A stretch of 64,000 nt of DNA from an uncultured Candidatus Saccharibacteria bacterium (GTDB lineage Bacteria; Patescibacteriota; Saccharimonadia; Saccharimonadales; 2-12-FULL-41-12): positions 26,216 through 90,215 of the forward strand of contig CAYUFM010000001.1 of the NCBI GenBank assembly GCA_964444225.1, in the 5' to 3' direction. Made by a program: the position numbers and the translations under genes. Below, piece after piece: positions 18,702-28,005 of this stretch. The notes under the pieces were generated by a model, which was given only the letters and a program-made list of their open reading frames with translations, searched no databases and was not told the DNA's origin. How positions within the stretch are numbered: the stretch's first letter is position 1; the number at the start of each line of letters is the position of its first letter.

Positions 18702-19938
18702 TACAGAGGAGCCACGTATTATGTTCATAGACCTCAACAGTGCCTTCGCTACGGCCGAGCAACAGGCTCATCCATCTCTGCGCGGTAGACCGATCGGCGT
18801 TACTAACCGTATTTCTAAATATTGTTGCGTGATTGCTTGTTCTTATGAGGCTAAGGCCTTTGGCATAAAAGTCGGCATGAACTTGCAAGAGGCACTAAAG
18901 ATTGCTCCGGATTTTGTGATGCTAGAAAGCGACCCGCCCAAATATCACTTCGTTTACCAAAAACTGGTCAAAATCATGAGTGATTATTCGCCAAATTTTC
19001 AGATGAAGTCAATAGACGAGGGTATCATCGACTTTCACGGTATGGATTATTTACTAAAAAACCGCACCATGTCAGACATCGGTTATGAGATTAAAAATCG
19101 CGTCAAAGAAGAAGTTGGCAACTACACAACCATCAATGTTGGCATTGCACCTAATCGGTTCCTCGCCAAACAGGCTGCAAACTGGCACAAGCCAAACGGT
19201 CTAGACGTCATAGATCATAACAATTTGCTTCAATACTACGAGGGTATAAAATTAACTGATCTAACCGGCATCGCCAAACGTTTTGAAGCTAGGCTCAAAG
19301 CTAGTAGTATTTTTACTCCTTCGCAGTTTTTTAATGCTTCGGCCGACACACTAAAACGTCACGTTTTTCATAGTGTCATTGGCGAAGATTGGTACAACCG
19401 CTTGCATGGCTGGGAGGTCGATCAACACCCGACTAATCGCGGCCAGGTCGGTCGGCAATTTGTGATGGATGTGCGCACCAGCGATGAAAAAATAATCCTG
19501 CCCCGCTTTCATTACCTGTGCGAAACTACCGGCAAAAAACTACGCCATATTGGCATGAATGCCCGCGGGATTATTGTTTGGGCTAACCTCCAAAACGGCG
19601 AACGCTGGCACGCTCGCACCACATTTACCTACTCTTTTTATACTGATAAACAAATCTACAGCCGGGCAAAAAAAATGTTCGACACTAGACCAAAGCACCT
19701 AATTATTGCGGCGACGGGCATTACTTGTTTTATGCTGGAGCCTTCTAACCGAGACCAACGTAGCTTGTTTGAAGAAATTAACAAAGAAGACCTACTAACC
19801 TTCGCCATAGATGAAATAAATGAACGATATGGTACTTTTATGATTTGTTCACTTAATTCTTTAGAGGGCAAAAAACGCGTCAAACAAAAAATCCCATTCG
19901 GTAGCGTCAATTATTTTGATATCCTCCTAAGGGGCTAG
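18694..19938 (+). CDS. Y-family DNA polymerase (DinB/UmuC-like)
   Basis: IMFIDLNSAFATAE (catalytic Asp), SIDEGIIDF (Asp-Glu pair), GIAPNRFLAKQAANWHKPNG, LTGIAKRFEARL. Aligns motif by motif with E. coli DinB. Confidence 0.8.
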   Translation: MINTEEPRIMFIDLNSAFATAEQQAHPSLRGRPIGVTNRISKYCCVIACSYEAKAFGIKVGMNLQEALKIAPDFVMLESDPPKYHFVYQKLVKIMSDYSPNFQMKSIDEGIIDFHGMDYLLKNRTMSDIGYEIKNRVKEEVGNYTTINVGIAPNRFLAKQAANWHKPNGLDVIDHNNLLQYYEGIKLTDLTGIAKRFEARLKASSIFTPSQFFNASADTLKRHVFHSVIGEDWYNRLHGWEVDQHPTNRGQVGRQFVMDVRTSDEKIILPRFHYLCETTGKKLRHIGMNARGIIVWANLQNGERWHARTTFTYSFYTDKQIYSRAKKMFDTRPKHLIIAATGITCFMLEPSNRDQRSLFEEINKEDLLTFAIDEINERYGTFMICSLNSLEGKKRVKQKIPFGSVNYFDILLRG

Positions 19939-20769
19939 AAAAAGAATCTTATTGCCCCATGGGTCATCAACTTCAATTTTTTGGTTTTTGTCTTGATATT
20001 TATACTCAAACTTTTGTAGCCTGTCAGATAAATTTGCAAGATCGCTACTCTCAGGCAAATGTATATCGAATTCTGCAAGTCCTAGAGCTGGGGTTCTTTT
20101 GCTGGCACCTTGGCTCATCCAGGTATTTGCTCCTATATGATGGTGATAGCCCCCAACAGACAGAAACAGTGCACTAGGCATATCAAACGTTATATCAAAC
20201 CCAAGTATGTCTACATAGAATTTACGTGCAGCAGGTATGTCGCCGACCCGCAAATGAACATGCCCTAGGTGTTTCTCGTCAACAACGCCATTTTTTAGGT
20301 ACTGAGTTATATAGTTCTCAGGGTCGATGTATAAAGTATCCATTGCGATGCGCCCATTGTGCCACTGCCAGTCTTTGCGTGGTCGGTCAAAGTATAGCTC
20401 CAGTCCGTTACCCTCCGGGTCATGAAAATAAAAAGCTTCACTAACCAAATGATCCCCTGTGCCTTCATACAGATGAGGTGCTCGCACAAGTATGTTTTTA
20501 ACTGCTTTTGCTAACTGCGACCGTGACCCATAAACAACCGCGTTGTGAAATAATCCTGCACTAGGCATATGTGCAAATTTTAGGTTAGGCTTCTTTGTTA
20601 ATTTAATTATGGGATTTTTATCAAAACCAAGGATTGTATGGTTGGTAGTTTTATCTAAAATTTCAAACCCCGCGGTATCAGCATAAAAATCTGTCATCTT
20701 AGTTAAATCATTAACAAACAGTTCGGAGGGCGCTAATTTTACATCCTTTGCAAGAATTGATTCTTTCAT
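19927..20769 (-). CDS. VOC family protein (glyoxalase / extradiol-dioxygenase-like, two-domain)
   Basis: HLGHVHLRVGDIPAARKFYVDILGFD and an N-terminal FYADTAGFEIL repeat of the VOC fold. The start is probably the internal Met at 20769 (MKESIL) or further downstream (MTDFYAD). Confidence 0.7.
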   Translation of the reverse strand: MKESILAKDVKLAPSELFVNDLTKMTDFYADTAGFEILDKTTNHTILGFDKNPIIKLTKKPNLKFAHMPSAGLFHNAVVYGSRSQLAKAVKNILVRAPHLYEGTGDHLVSEAFYFHDPEGNGLELYFDRPRKDWQWHNGRIAMDTLYIDPENYITQYLKNGVVDEKHLGHVHLRVGDIPAARKFYVDILGFDITFDMPSALFLSVGGYHHHIGANTWMSQGASKRTPALGLAEFDIHLPESSDLANLSDRLQKFEYKYQDKNQKIEVDDPWGNKILFLAP

Positions 20770-20770
20770 G

Positions 20771-20793
20771 GTCACTATACATTGTATAGTGAC
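20771..20793. promoter_or_regulatory. 23-bp perfect palindrome GTCACTATACA-T-TGTATAGTGAC (putative HxlR-type operator, copy 1)
   Basis: 11-1-11 inverted repeat abutting the VOC gene start. The same sequence recurs at 29310-29332. Confidence 0.5.
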
Positions 20794-20944
20794 TGTACAA
20801 AAAATCAAGTTTATATATAAAATCTTGCAACGAAAAGGCAGGCGAAACGTTTATGATAATTATCACAGTTTTTTGTTGATATGCTTCACAGCTATTTCTC
20901 ATGTTAATGGCTATAGTTAGAGTTGCACGAAGGGAGGTGCAGAT

Positions 20945-21115
20945 ATGAGAAAAAGTAATATAAAAGTGTTACTAAAACAAAGTATCATTAACACCGGTAA
21001 ATCTATCATGAGTTCAGAGACCTACGACCCGCTCTTCCAAAAATATGAGAAAAAGAACATATACAAAGCGCATAAAGTGCCCAAAATTAACATTCGCCAA
21101 CCCAAATATCACTAA
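20945..21115 (+). CDS. small basic protein (56 aa), hypothetical
   Basis: Strong SD AGGGAGGTG 5 nt before the ATG. Lys-rich (MRKSNIKVLLKQ...). Confidence 0.4.
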   Translation: MRKSNIKVLLKQSIINTGKSIMSSETYDPLFQKYEKKNIYKAHKVPKINIRQPKYH

Positions 21116-21127
21116 GGAGGATAGGCT

Positions 21128-21310
21128 ATGTTTTTAGAACTAAAAGTTTACCCTAACGGCAAACTAGTTCAAGACGATAAAATACATGAATCTCGCCAGA
21201 GTATTAAGGCCATACCAACAAAAACCAGGTTAGTCTTTAGCAAGCGCTCGTCACTAAAAAGACATGTGTTTAGCAATGCCCGCAACCATGGGTGGATTAA
21301 CGAGCCCTAA
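21128..21310 (+). CDS. small protein (60 aa), hypothetical
   Basis: Strong SD AAGGAGGA 6 nt before the ATG. Confidence 0.4.
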   Translation: MFLELKVYPNGKLVQDDKIHESRQSIKAIPTKTRLVFSKRSSLKRHVFSNARNHGWINEP

Positions 21311-22898
21311 GCCTAGATAGTAGTCTAGAAATCTCACTACGCCATTCATAGACAGCGTATATTAGTAGTGCTCCAACTATTAATCCAAAAACTACATAGT
21401 TGTTTTTGTTTTTAGTAGACGTGGGTACGTCTGTAACTTTTGCTGAAGCTACTTCACCAACAGCAGTAATTTTACGGCAACGGTTAGTTTCTGGGTTGCG
21501 CTCTTCCCCAGGATCACATGACGTTAATGCCGAAGCAGTATCTGCAAAGGCTCGACACCTGTTTGTTTCAGGATTTCGTTCTTGACCTGCTTTACATGGG
21601 ACCAAACTATCAGTCTGGGCAATTGACCTACACCTATTTGTTGTAGGGTTGCGCTCTTGTCCTGCCTCGCACGGTTTTAGTTCTGAATCTCCACCCGTAC
21701 TAGCAACTTCTTCCGTAAATAAAGAAATCATATTAGCTGAATCTGGAGTTGGCCTATTTGTAAATTGCCAAACATCATTTATTAGTGCCCAAGCCTCGTC
21801 GTCCTCGGGAGAATCGTAAACAGCCGTCTCACTTACAGCGTTGCCTGCTGGCGCAATTAAGCGAACTGAAGCCGAACTGTTAGGCAGGGTTAACTTACTC
21901 AACAAATCACTAAATGTCACATAACTAAACGGATCCAAAAGCCGATTTTCCAATACATAAATCTTTGAGTAGGCCGGTCCTAACTGCAATTTATACCCTT
22001 CTAGCTGTATAGCCTTAGGGTTAGGATTATAAATTTCAATATATTCTTTACCTGTGTCTGTGCTGGACACATTTGGCAAAAGTTCTGTGATGGTTAAAAT
22101 CGAACTTTCCAAAACCACGACCTTTTCTGTGCAGTTCTCACCGTCCAAACTTTCATAACCAGACGGAATTATTGCCTGCAAACCAGCTATGTTGTCACAG
22201 ACGTCTTGCGCGCATTCACCACCAACAAGAAAATAGTCGTCAGGAACAGTCGTCTGCACTCCATCAATATTGGCGCAGACATCAACCAACACTTCCTCTT
22301 CTACGATTCCACTGTTAGGAATTATAGACAAAATAACTGATGTAAAGTCCGTACTATTGTCATTGTTATCTTGCAAAAATTGCACATCGTTTATTTTCTT
22401 ACGCTCAAAGACAGAGCCAGAAGGATATGGTGCAACGGCCACGCCTTCAGGAGACGTCGCTGTGCCCCAACCTAATTTATCGATTTCTATTGCGTCTTTA
22501 TCGTGCAGTCTTATGTGTCCCCCACTAGCAGCCATACCAGAGGTAAAGATTGCATCAGGTATTAACCCAGGGGTTGCAGACACAAACTCCGAGCTCGCAA
22601 AAGTTGCATAGCTAAAGGCAGAGAGCATCAATCGTATATTGTCTGCCGGCGCCTCCAAGCACGCTAATTTTGTCTTGGTAGCATCAGATGCTGACGCGTA
22701 ATAAATACACCAGTCAGTAACATCGATTGGTTCTTCGCTATTGTTATAAATAGACACAAACTCTCTGCTAAGGGCACTACTTTCGCCGGTTTTTACGTGT
22801 CCTAGTACTGGTTTTTCACCAAGCGCAGAAGCAAGATTGCCGCAAATTATTACAGTCGCAACAAACAACGTAAGAAACCTTGTGACCCTCTGAAACAT
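21297..22898 (-). CDS. cell-surface protein with lamin-tail (LTD) domains, Cys-rich repeats and a C-terminal TM anchor
   Basis: Signal peptide; LTD signature TGKEYIEIYNPNPKAIQLEGYKL; three repeats of C.AGQERNP.TNRCR; C-terminal TM FGLIVGALLIYAVY. Confidence 0.6.
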   Translation of the reverse strand: MFQRVTRFLTLFVATVIICGNLASALGEKPVLGHVKTGESSALSREFVSIYNNSEEPIDVTDWCIYYASASDATKTKLACLEAPADNIRLMLSAFSYATFASSEFVSATPGLIPDAIFTSGMAASGGHIRLHDKDAIEIDKLGWGTATSPEGVAVAPYPSGSVFERKKINDVQFLQDNNDNSTDFTSVILSIIPNSGIVEEEVLVDVCANIDGVQTTVPDDYFLVGGECAQDVCDNIAGLQAIIPSGYESLDGENCTEKVVVLESSILTITELLPNVSSTDTGKEYIEIYNPNPKAIQLEGYKLQLGPAYSKIYVLENRLLDPFSYVTFSDLLSKLTLPNSSASVRLIAPAGNAVSETAVYDSPEDDEAWALINDVWQFTNRPTPDSANMISLFTEEVASTGGDSELKPCEAGQERNPTTNRCRSIAQTDSLVPCKAGQERNPETNRCRAFADTASALTSCDPGEERNPETNRCRKITAVGEVASAKVTDVPTSTKNKNNYVVFGLIVGALLIYAVYEWRSEISRLLSRLRAR

Positions 22899-22925
22899 AA
22901 AAAAAGTATAAAAATAAATTGTCTA

Positions 22926-24395
22926 CTAATCAATAATCATTTTGTCTTTTAGAAAATTATGTTTTGTTTTAAACTTTAGCATAATAAGCGTGGCCGTTAT
23001 GCCAATATAACTGATTACGAGAGTCGCAAAACTTATATCCATTTCGCCCGCAACACCAGGAAAAACCGAGATTTTATCGATGACAAAAGTACAATAATTT
23101 AGCAACCAAATTGCTGGGATAGATAAAACTCCAGCCAAAAACGGCAGAAACAAGCCAGCAAGTCCACTAAGAAAAACTGCACCCATAGCCATTGGAATAG
23201 CCGGCAAGACCAGTGCATTGGCAATCAAAGAATAAAATGAGAATGTACCAAAAGAATACAAAAGTATAGGTAGTGTCATTAGCTGAGCCGATAAAGTAGC
23301 TACCAATAATTCACGCAACCACGACGGCTTTTTATCTTTTCCCCAAAAATAATCATGAATTAACGGTGCGAGTATTAACACTCCCACAAAAGCCAGAAAC
23401 GATAAATACCAACCAAGGTCACCCCAAATATAGCTAGGTTTTATCATCAAAGTAATTCCGCCGGCTACAAGCAAAAGTACACCAGGATGAATTTTTCGTC
23501 CATAGTACCAAGCGAGCAGACTCAAGCCCGCAACCAATCCAGCACGTGACATAGACGGGCTAAATCCTGTGACCATAATAAATCCAGCTATCATTCCTCC
23601 AGCCACCAATGCACTAAGATATTTGGAGATCTTGGCAAAAATTTTACGCGCAAAGGCCACTAGAATCGTTAGGTTATAGCCACTAGCAACTACAATGTGT
23701 GATAAGCCTAAAAGTTTGATCTGATTCTGTAGATCTTCTGGTAAATCATTTTTTTGTCCCAGCAAGAAACCTAGACCAAGAGATCTTTGAGGCTCTTCAA
23801 TATTACCAACCGTAGCATTAGCAAAATTATCGCGCACCCGCAGTCCGAGGTCTTGCTGACTTTCTTTAGTGATTTCAACTACATCTGCATTAGACGCGCT
23901 AGCAAAAAAACTTCCAAAGCCTTTGTTGATACCGGTATTTATCTCCACTATGTCACTCCGCTGAATTTTTGCATCATCCCGTGTACTGACCCGAACCTCA
24001 CCGTTTAACAGCGTATTGCCGATAGATACTTTATCTAGCTTAAATCTAACCTCACCGCTTTTTCCATGCGAAATATCATCTACAACTTTTCCTTTTAGAG
24101 TTACGGTTTTACCAATATATGGACTAAAGCTATTTTTACTAAATTCATACGCGCTACTTCGCCAAATCCCGATACAAAAACCAGAGACTAAAATCACCAG
24201 CAAGAAAACTCGCCTGAATTTAAAAATACCCATAATCAACAAACCTAGCCCAATAGCCAGAAAAATATTGTCTTTAAAAATTGCTTCGATAGTATATAAA
24301 CTTGCAACTATTCCTAGGACCAGTCCTATAAAAAAGAAGATCACAAAATAGTAGATATGAACTTTTTCGCTTAGCCACTTTTTTGAGATTTTCAT
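22926..24395 (-). CDS. comEC: DNA internalization competence protein ComEC/Rec2 (no metallo-beta-lactamase domain)
   Basis: N-terminal OB/DUF4131-like region plus a polytopic competence domain (LGLSHIVVASGYNLTIL). The probable start is the internal Met (MKISKK) at about 24395, which is adjacent to the stop of the upstream nuclease gene. Confidence 0.75.
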   Translation of the reverse strand: MKISKKWLSEKVHIYYFVIFFFIGLVLGIVASLYTIEAIFKDNIFLAIGLGLLIMGIFKFRRVFLLVILVSGFCIGIWRSSAYEFSKNSFSPYIGKTVTLKGKVVDDISHGKSGEVRFKLDKVSIGNTLLNGEVRVSTRDDAKIQRSDIVEINTGINKGFGSFFASASNADVVEITKESQQDLGLRVRDNFANATVGNIEEPQRSLGLGFLLGQKNDLPEDLQNQIKLLGLSHIVVASGYNLTILVAFARKIFAKISKYLSALVAGGMIAGFIMVTGFSPSMSRAGLVAGLSLLAWYYGRKIHPGVLLLVAGGITLMIKPSYIWGDLGWYLSFLAFVGVLILAPLIHDYFWGKDKKPSWLRELLVATLSAQLMTLPILLYSFGTFSFYSLIANALVLPAIPMAMGAVFLSGLAGLFLPFLAGVLSIPAIWLLNYCTFVIDKISVFPGVAGEMDISFATLVISYIGITATLIMLKFKTKHNFLKDKMIID

Positions 24396-25120
24396 TCTGA
24401 TACTATTGGTAATTTTTGGTCTGGACAACTGCTTAGCACCCGCTTTATGGCGTCTTTTTCTGCACTCGTTACCCAAAGTTTATATTTAGCCTTAACAGCT
24501 ATTTGGCGCGCAACATATTGGCATCGGTAGCCTTTATTTGGCGGTAGCCAAGAGGCTGCATCGGAGTTGCTTTTGTCCTGGTTGGTCTGACCGTCAACAG
24601 CCAAGAGATTGAGTGCATCGTTAGCAAACAATTCTCTTTGAGCAGGAGTGAGTAGCTGAGCACCTTTTTGCCAAGCATCTGACAAAGCTACAATGTGGTC
24701 TATTTGCACGTCATCACTAGTACCATTGCCTCTTACAAAATTTATAACCTTGCTCGTGTATGGATCACTCAGTGTACCCGATAAAACCGTGCAGTCTGTA
24801 AATGAACGAGTTTTTACGTCCACCAAATCACGCTTTAAAATATAATTACGAGTATCACACCCCACTAATTCTGCCCAACCTTGCCCAAAATGCGAGCGCC
24901 TATAATCACTCTTTGGAGCCCTGCCCTTAACCTCCAGCCTACCCAAAACCTCGCTTGCAATCTCAGAACTAGCACCCAAAACATTACTATCGACAGAACT
25001 AGTACTACTAGTTTGACTTGGAGTAGGTGCGTTGTTTTTAGGGCCATCGATAAACGACATCAATAAGCCAATTAGGCTCAGTATAACTACTACAAAAAAC
25101 CTTCGGCCTCGCTCTGTCAT
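24392..25120 (-). CDS. membrane-anchored extracellular nuclease-like protein (DUF1524 / HNH-like)
   Basis: N-terminal TM, Ser/Thr linker, then IDHIVALSDAW...FANDALNLLAVDGQTNQDKSNSDAASWLPP, typical of DUF1524 excreted-nuclease domains. Confidence 0.55.
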   Translation of the reverse strand: MTERGRRFFVVVILSLIGLLMSFIDGPKNNAPTPSQTSSTSSVDSNVLGASSEIASEVLGRLEVKGRAPKSDYRRSHFGQGWAELVGCDTRNYILKRDLVDVKTRSFTDCTVLSGTLSDPYTSKVINFVRGNGTSDDVQIDHIVALSDAWQKGAQLLTPAQRELFANDALNLLAVDGQTNQDKSNSDAASWLPPNKGYRCQYVARQIAVKAKYKLWVTSAEKDAIKRVLSSCPDQKLPIVSE

Positions 25121-25199
25121 GATTTAATTCTATGTTATTTGACTAGCCATCTAAAATCTTTTCTCAGCTAAAATTAAGTTTCACAGATATAATAAGAAT

Positions 25200-25868
25200 G
25201 TGAGAATATTAATTATTGAAGATGACCACAAGATTGCTGCCGCGCTAAAACGTGGGTTACAGCAAGAAAATTTTGCCGTAGATATAGAGTACGACGGCAC
25301 TAGTGGCTATGGTGCTGCCTCTACTTTGGACTACGACCTTTTAGTGCTAGACAGAATGTTGCCAGAAATGTCAGGTGAGGAAATCTGCCAAAAACTACGT
25401 AAAGAAAATATTCATACCCCAATAATCATGCTTACAGCCAAAGGCGAAATCTCAGACAGAGTTAGCGGACTCAACGCGGGGGCAGATGATTACTTGGTAA
25501 AGCCATTTTCCTTTGAAGAATTGCTTGCTAGAATTCACGCCCTGCTACGACGTCCCAAAAACACAATTACAGATGAGTTGAAAGTCGGTAACCTAACACT
25601 TAACACGTTAAGCTTTTTTGTTAGCCGTGATGACTCCCCTATTCAATTAACTAGTAAGGAATTTGCACTGCTAGAATATCTAATGCGCAACCAAGGCCAA
25701 ATATTATCTAAAGAAAACATTATAGAACATGTCTGGAATTTTGATGCAGACATTTTGCCCAATAATGTTGAGGTCTACATGGGATATTTGCGTAACAAGA
25801 TTGACAAAGGCCACAAGCAAAAGTTGCTTCACACTATCCGCGGATTTGGCTACAAGGTACAGGCATGA
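25200..25868 (+). CDS. OmpR-family response regulator
   Basis: Receiver domain (ILIIEDD, phospho-acceptor Asp in LLVLD) plus winged-helix trans_reg_C. The start appears to be GTG. Confidence 0.9.
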   Translation: MRILIIEDDHKIAAALKRGLQQENFAVDIEYDGTSGYGAASTLDYDLLVLDRMLPEMSGEEICQKLRKENIHTPIIMLTAKGEISDRVSGLNAGADDYLVKPFSFEELLARIHALLRRPKNTITDELKVGNLTLNTLSFFVSRDDSPIQLTSKEFALLEYLMRNQGQILSKENIIEHVWNFDADILPNNVEVYMGYLRNKIDKGHKQKLLHTIRGFGYKVQA

Positions 25869-26866
25869 ATGCAAAACAATTATCACGCTTAAAAGTTAGT
25901 GGCACATACCTCAGCATAGTTATGTTGATGAGCATTATTTTTAGTTTTGCGATTTATCAAATCTCGGACCGAGAGTTATCTCAACAGCGCCGAGTTGAAA
26001 TTCCACACGGTATTCGTGGTTTTATCTCACTCAACGAATTCGATATTCTGCGCCAACAGCAACTAGAACAGTCTCGTGATAATTTAAGGCAAAAATTGAT
26101 TACTTTTAACCTGCTTACCTTGGCTGGTGGGGCGTTTTTAAGTTACTTTCTAGCACTCAGATCTCTAAAACCTATAGAAGACGCCTTGGAAAAACAAGAC
26201 CGCTTCACCAGTGATGCATCGCACGAGATACGAACACCACTAACAGTAATGCGAAGTGAAATTGAAGTTGCCTTACGTGATAAAAAATTCAATTTAACAG
26301 ATGCCAAGAACACCCTTAACAGCAACCTGGAAGAGATCACTAGGTTAGAGGCTCTGACTTCTGGACTATTACAGCTGGCTAAACAAGAAAATAACCCTAA
26401 TCTCAAGCAAACTTTAAAGGCTGGCCAGGTAATTAAGCAAGCGATAGAAAAAACTGGTGCTTTGGCCGACGCAAAGAATCTAAAAATAAAATTCGTAGAA
26501 GCGAAAGACACAGAAGTTTATGCGGAGCCCGGTAGCTTACTCCAACTTATGGTAATACTGCTAGATAACGCCATAAAATATAGCCCAAAAAAGGGCGAAG
26601 TTACGGTCACTACTAAAAATCTGAGAGCCTCTACAGAAATTCGTGTTAAGGACAATGGTCCAGGTATTAACCCTAAAGATCTGCCTCATATCTTTGATAG
26701 ATTCTATAGGTCTGATTCTGCACGCAGTAAATCGGCAGAACAAAACGGCTATGGGCTAGGTCTAGCAATCGCCAAGCAAATCGTTGCATCGCATAGTGGC
26801 GAAATAAATATAAAAAACCTACCAAAGTCTGGCACCCAGGCAACAATTGTATTACCTAAAAAATAA
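25865..26866 (+). CDS. sensor histidine kinase
   Basis: H-box SDASHEIRTPL, N/G boxes DNGPGI...GYGLGLAIAK. The 4-nt overlap with the response regulator gene indicates translational coupling. Confidence 0.85.
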   Translation: MNAKQLSRLKVSGTYLSIVMLMSIIFSFAIYQISDRELSQQRRVEIPHGIRGFISLNEFDILRQQQLEQSRDNLRQKLITFNLLTLAGGAFLSYFLALRSLKPIEDALEKQDRFTSDASHEIRTPLTVMRSEIEVALRDKKFNLTDAKNTLNSNLEEITRLEALTSGLLQLAKQENNPNLKQTLKAGQVIKQAIEKTGALADAKNLKIKFVEAKDTEVYAEPGSLLQLMVILLDNAIKYSPKKGEVTVTTKNLRASTEIRVKDNGPGINPKDLPHIFDRFYRSDSARSKSAEQNGYGLGLAIAKQIVASHSGEINIKNLPKSGTQATIVLPKK

Positions 26867-26895
26867 AACCCGCCTGGGTAAAAAGCGGGTTTTAT
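26866..26895. terminator. bidirectional rho-independent terminator
   Basis: AAACCCGC-loop-GCGGGTTT with A-run and T-run flanks, between convergent genes. Confidence 0.55.
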
Positions 26896-26940
26896 ATTCT
26901 TACGTATGCTGGAAGTTTTATAAATTAACTAAAGTTTATA

Positions 26941-27420
26941 CTAAAAGTTACCTCCATTCATCATGCCGTGTCCGCCCTTGTTATGTCCACCAAACATTAC
27001 AAACGTTTCATCGATACCATTGTCGCTGGCCCATTTTTTGACTTCTTCACGGTGAGCTTCCATTGCAGCACGTCTTTCTTCTGGAGTCTTGTCCTTTAGG
27101 CTATCACGAAAGCCTTCCTGACTTTTTACATATTCAAGAACCTTGGTTTTTTGCTCCTCAGTTAACTTGCCATCCGTAACAGCCTGGCTTAGGCGCTCTT
27201 CAAGCCTAGTTTGCATTTCGGCTTGGCGTTCTGTGTGACGAGCCTCATGCTCCTCGTCAATGACCTTCTGGACTTCGTCCTTATTAATATTGAACTTTGT
27301 AGCTAATTTATCGGCTAAATTAGCACTATCTGTTGCCGCAGAAGCGCTTAGTGCAAACACGCCTCCGCCTAACATAGTAGCCGTCAAAAGACCTGCTACA
27401 ATTAAGTTTTTTTGCTTCAT
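26941..27420 (-). CDS. secreted protein with LTxxQ-like motifs (possible Spy/CpxP-family periplasmic stress protein)
   Basis: Signal peptide, charged helical body with KLTEEQK and TPEERR repeats, Gly/Met-rich tail. Weak family call. Confidence 0.4.
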   Translation of the reverse strand: MKQKNLIVAGLLTATMLGGGVFALSASAATDSANLADKLATKFNINKDEVQKVIDEEHEARHTERQAEMQTRLEERLSQAVTDGKLTEEQKTKVLEYVKSQEGFRDSLKDKTPEERRAAMEAHREEVKKWASDNGIDETFVMFGGHNKGGHGMMNGGNF

Positions 27421-27502
27421 TCATTCCCTTTCTAGTTGCAATTATTGTCGCAACTACCCCTATACTAGACATTAAAACTAAGAATTTCCTGTGAATAGCT
27501 TA

Positions 27503-27934
27503 CTAGCGGGACAAAAAGTTAAGCCAACTATCCAGGTTTTTAGAAAACTGGGATCTTGGCTTTTCAGATTTTACTTTTGCAGTTGATTGATTTGGCATTT
27601 CTATAGTGCGGGCTAGCGCAACTTCTTTAGGCACAATATAAAGTTGCTCGCCTGGTAATGCACGGCCAAACTGCCGGCGAGCAGCTAGTTCCAAGAATTG
27701 GTTGGTTTCATAATATTTATTCTTGAGTTTGAGATTCTCATTCTCTAGACGTGCAATGTCGTTGCGCTGACGAGCCACAGAGATCTTCTTGGCAAGCTCA
27801 TAATTAGTTTGCGCAACCTTTACCCCACTCCAAGTAACCAACAGAACTACAACCCCAAAACCAATAAGCCCCAAGACGCGCACGTCTTGCAACATTTTCA
27901 ACTTTTCACTGTTTTTTTGTATTTTTGTTAGCAT
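27503..27934 (-). CDS. septum formation initiator (FtsB/DivIC-like)
   Basis: Single TM followed by a coiled coil (LENENLKLKNKYYE). Confidence 0.5.
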   Translation of the reverse strand: MLTKIQKNSEKLKMLQDVRVLGLIGFGVVVLLVTWSGVKVAQTNYELAKKISVARQRNDIARLENENLKLKNKYYETNQFLELAARRQFGRALPGEQLYIVPKEVALARTIEMPNQSTAKVKSEKPRSQFSKNLDSWLNFLSR

Positions 27935-28005
27935 AATCAGCTAAAAATATTATAACACTTTAAAATTTCAATGTTAATCTGTTATACTCTATCTGTTGAC
28001 TCCAC

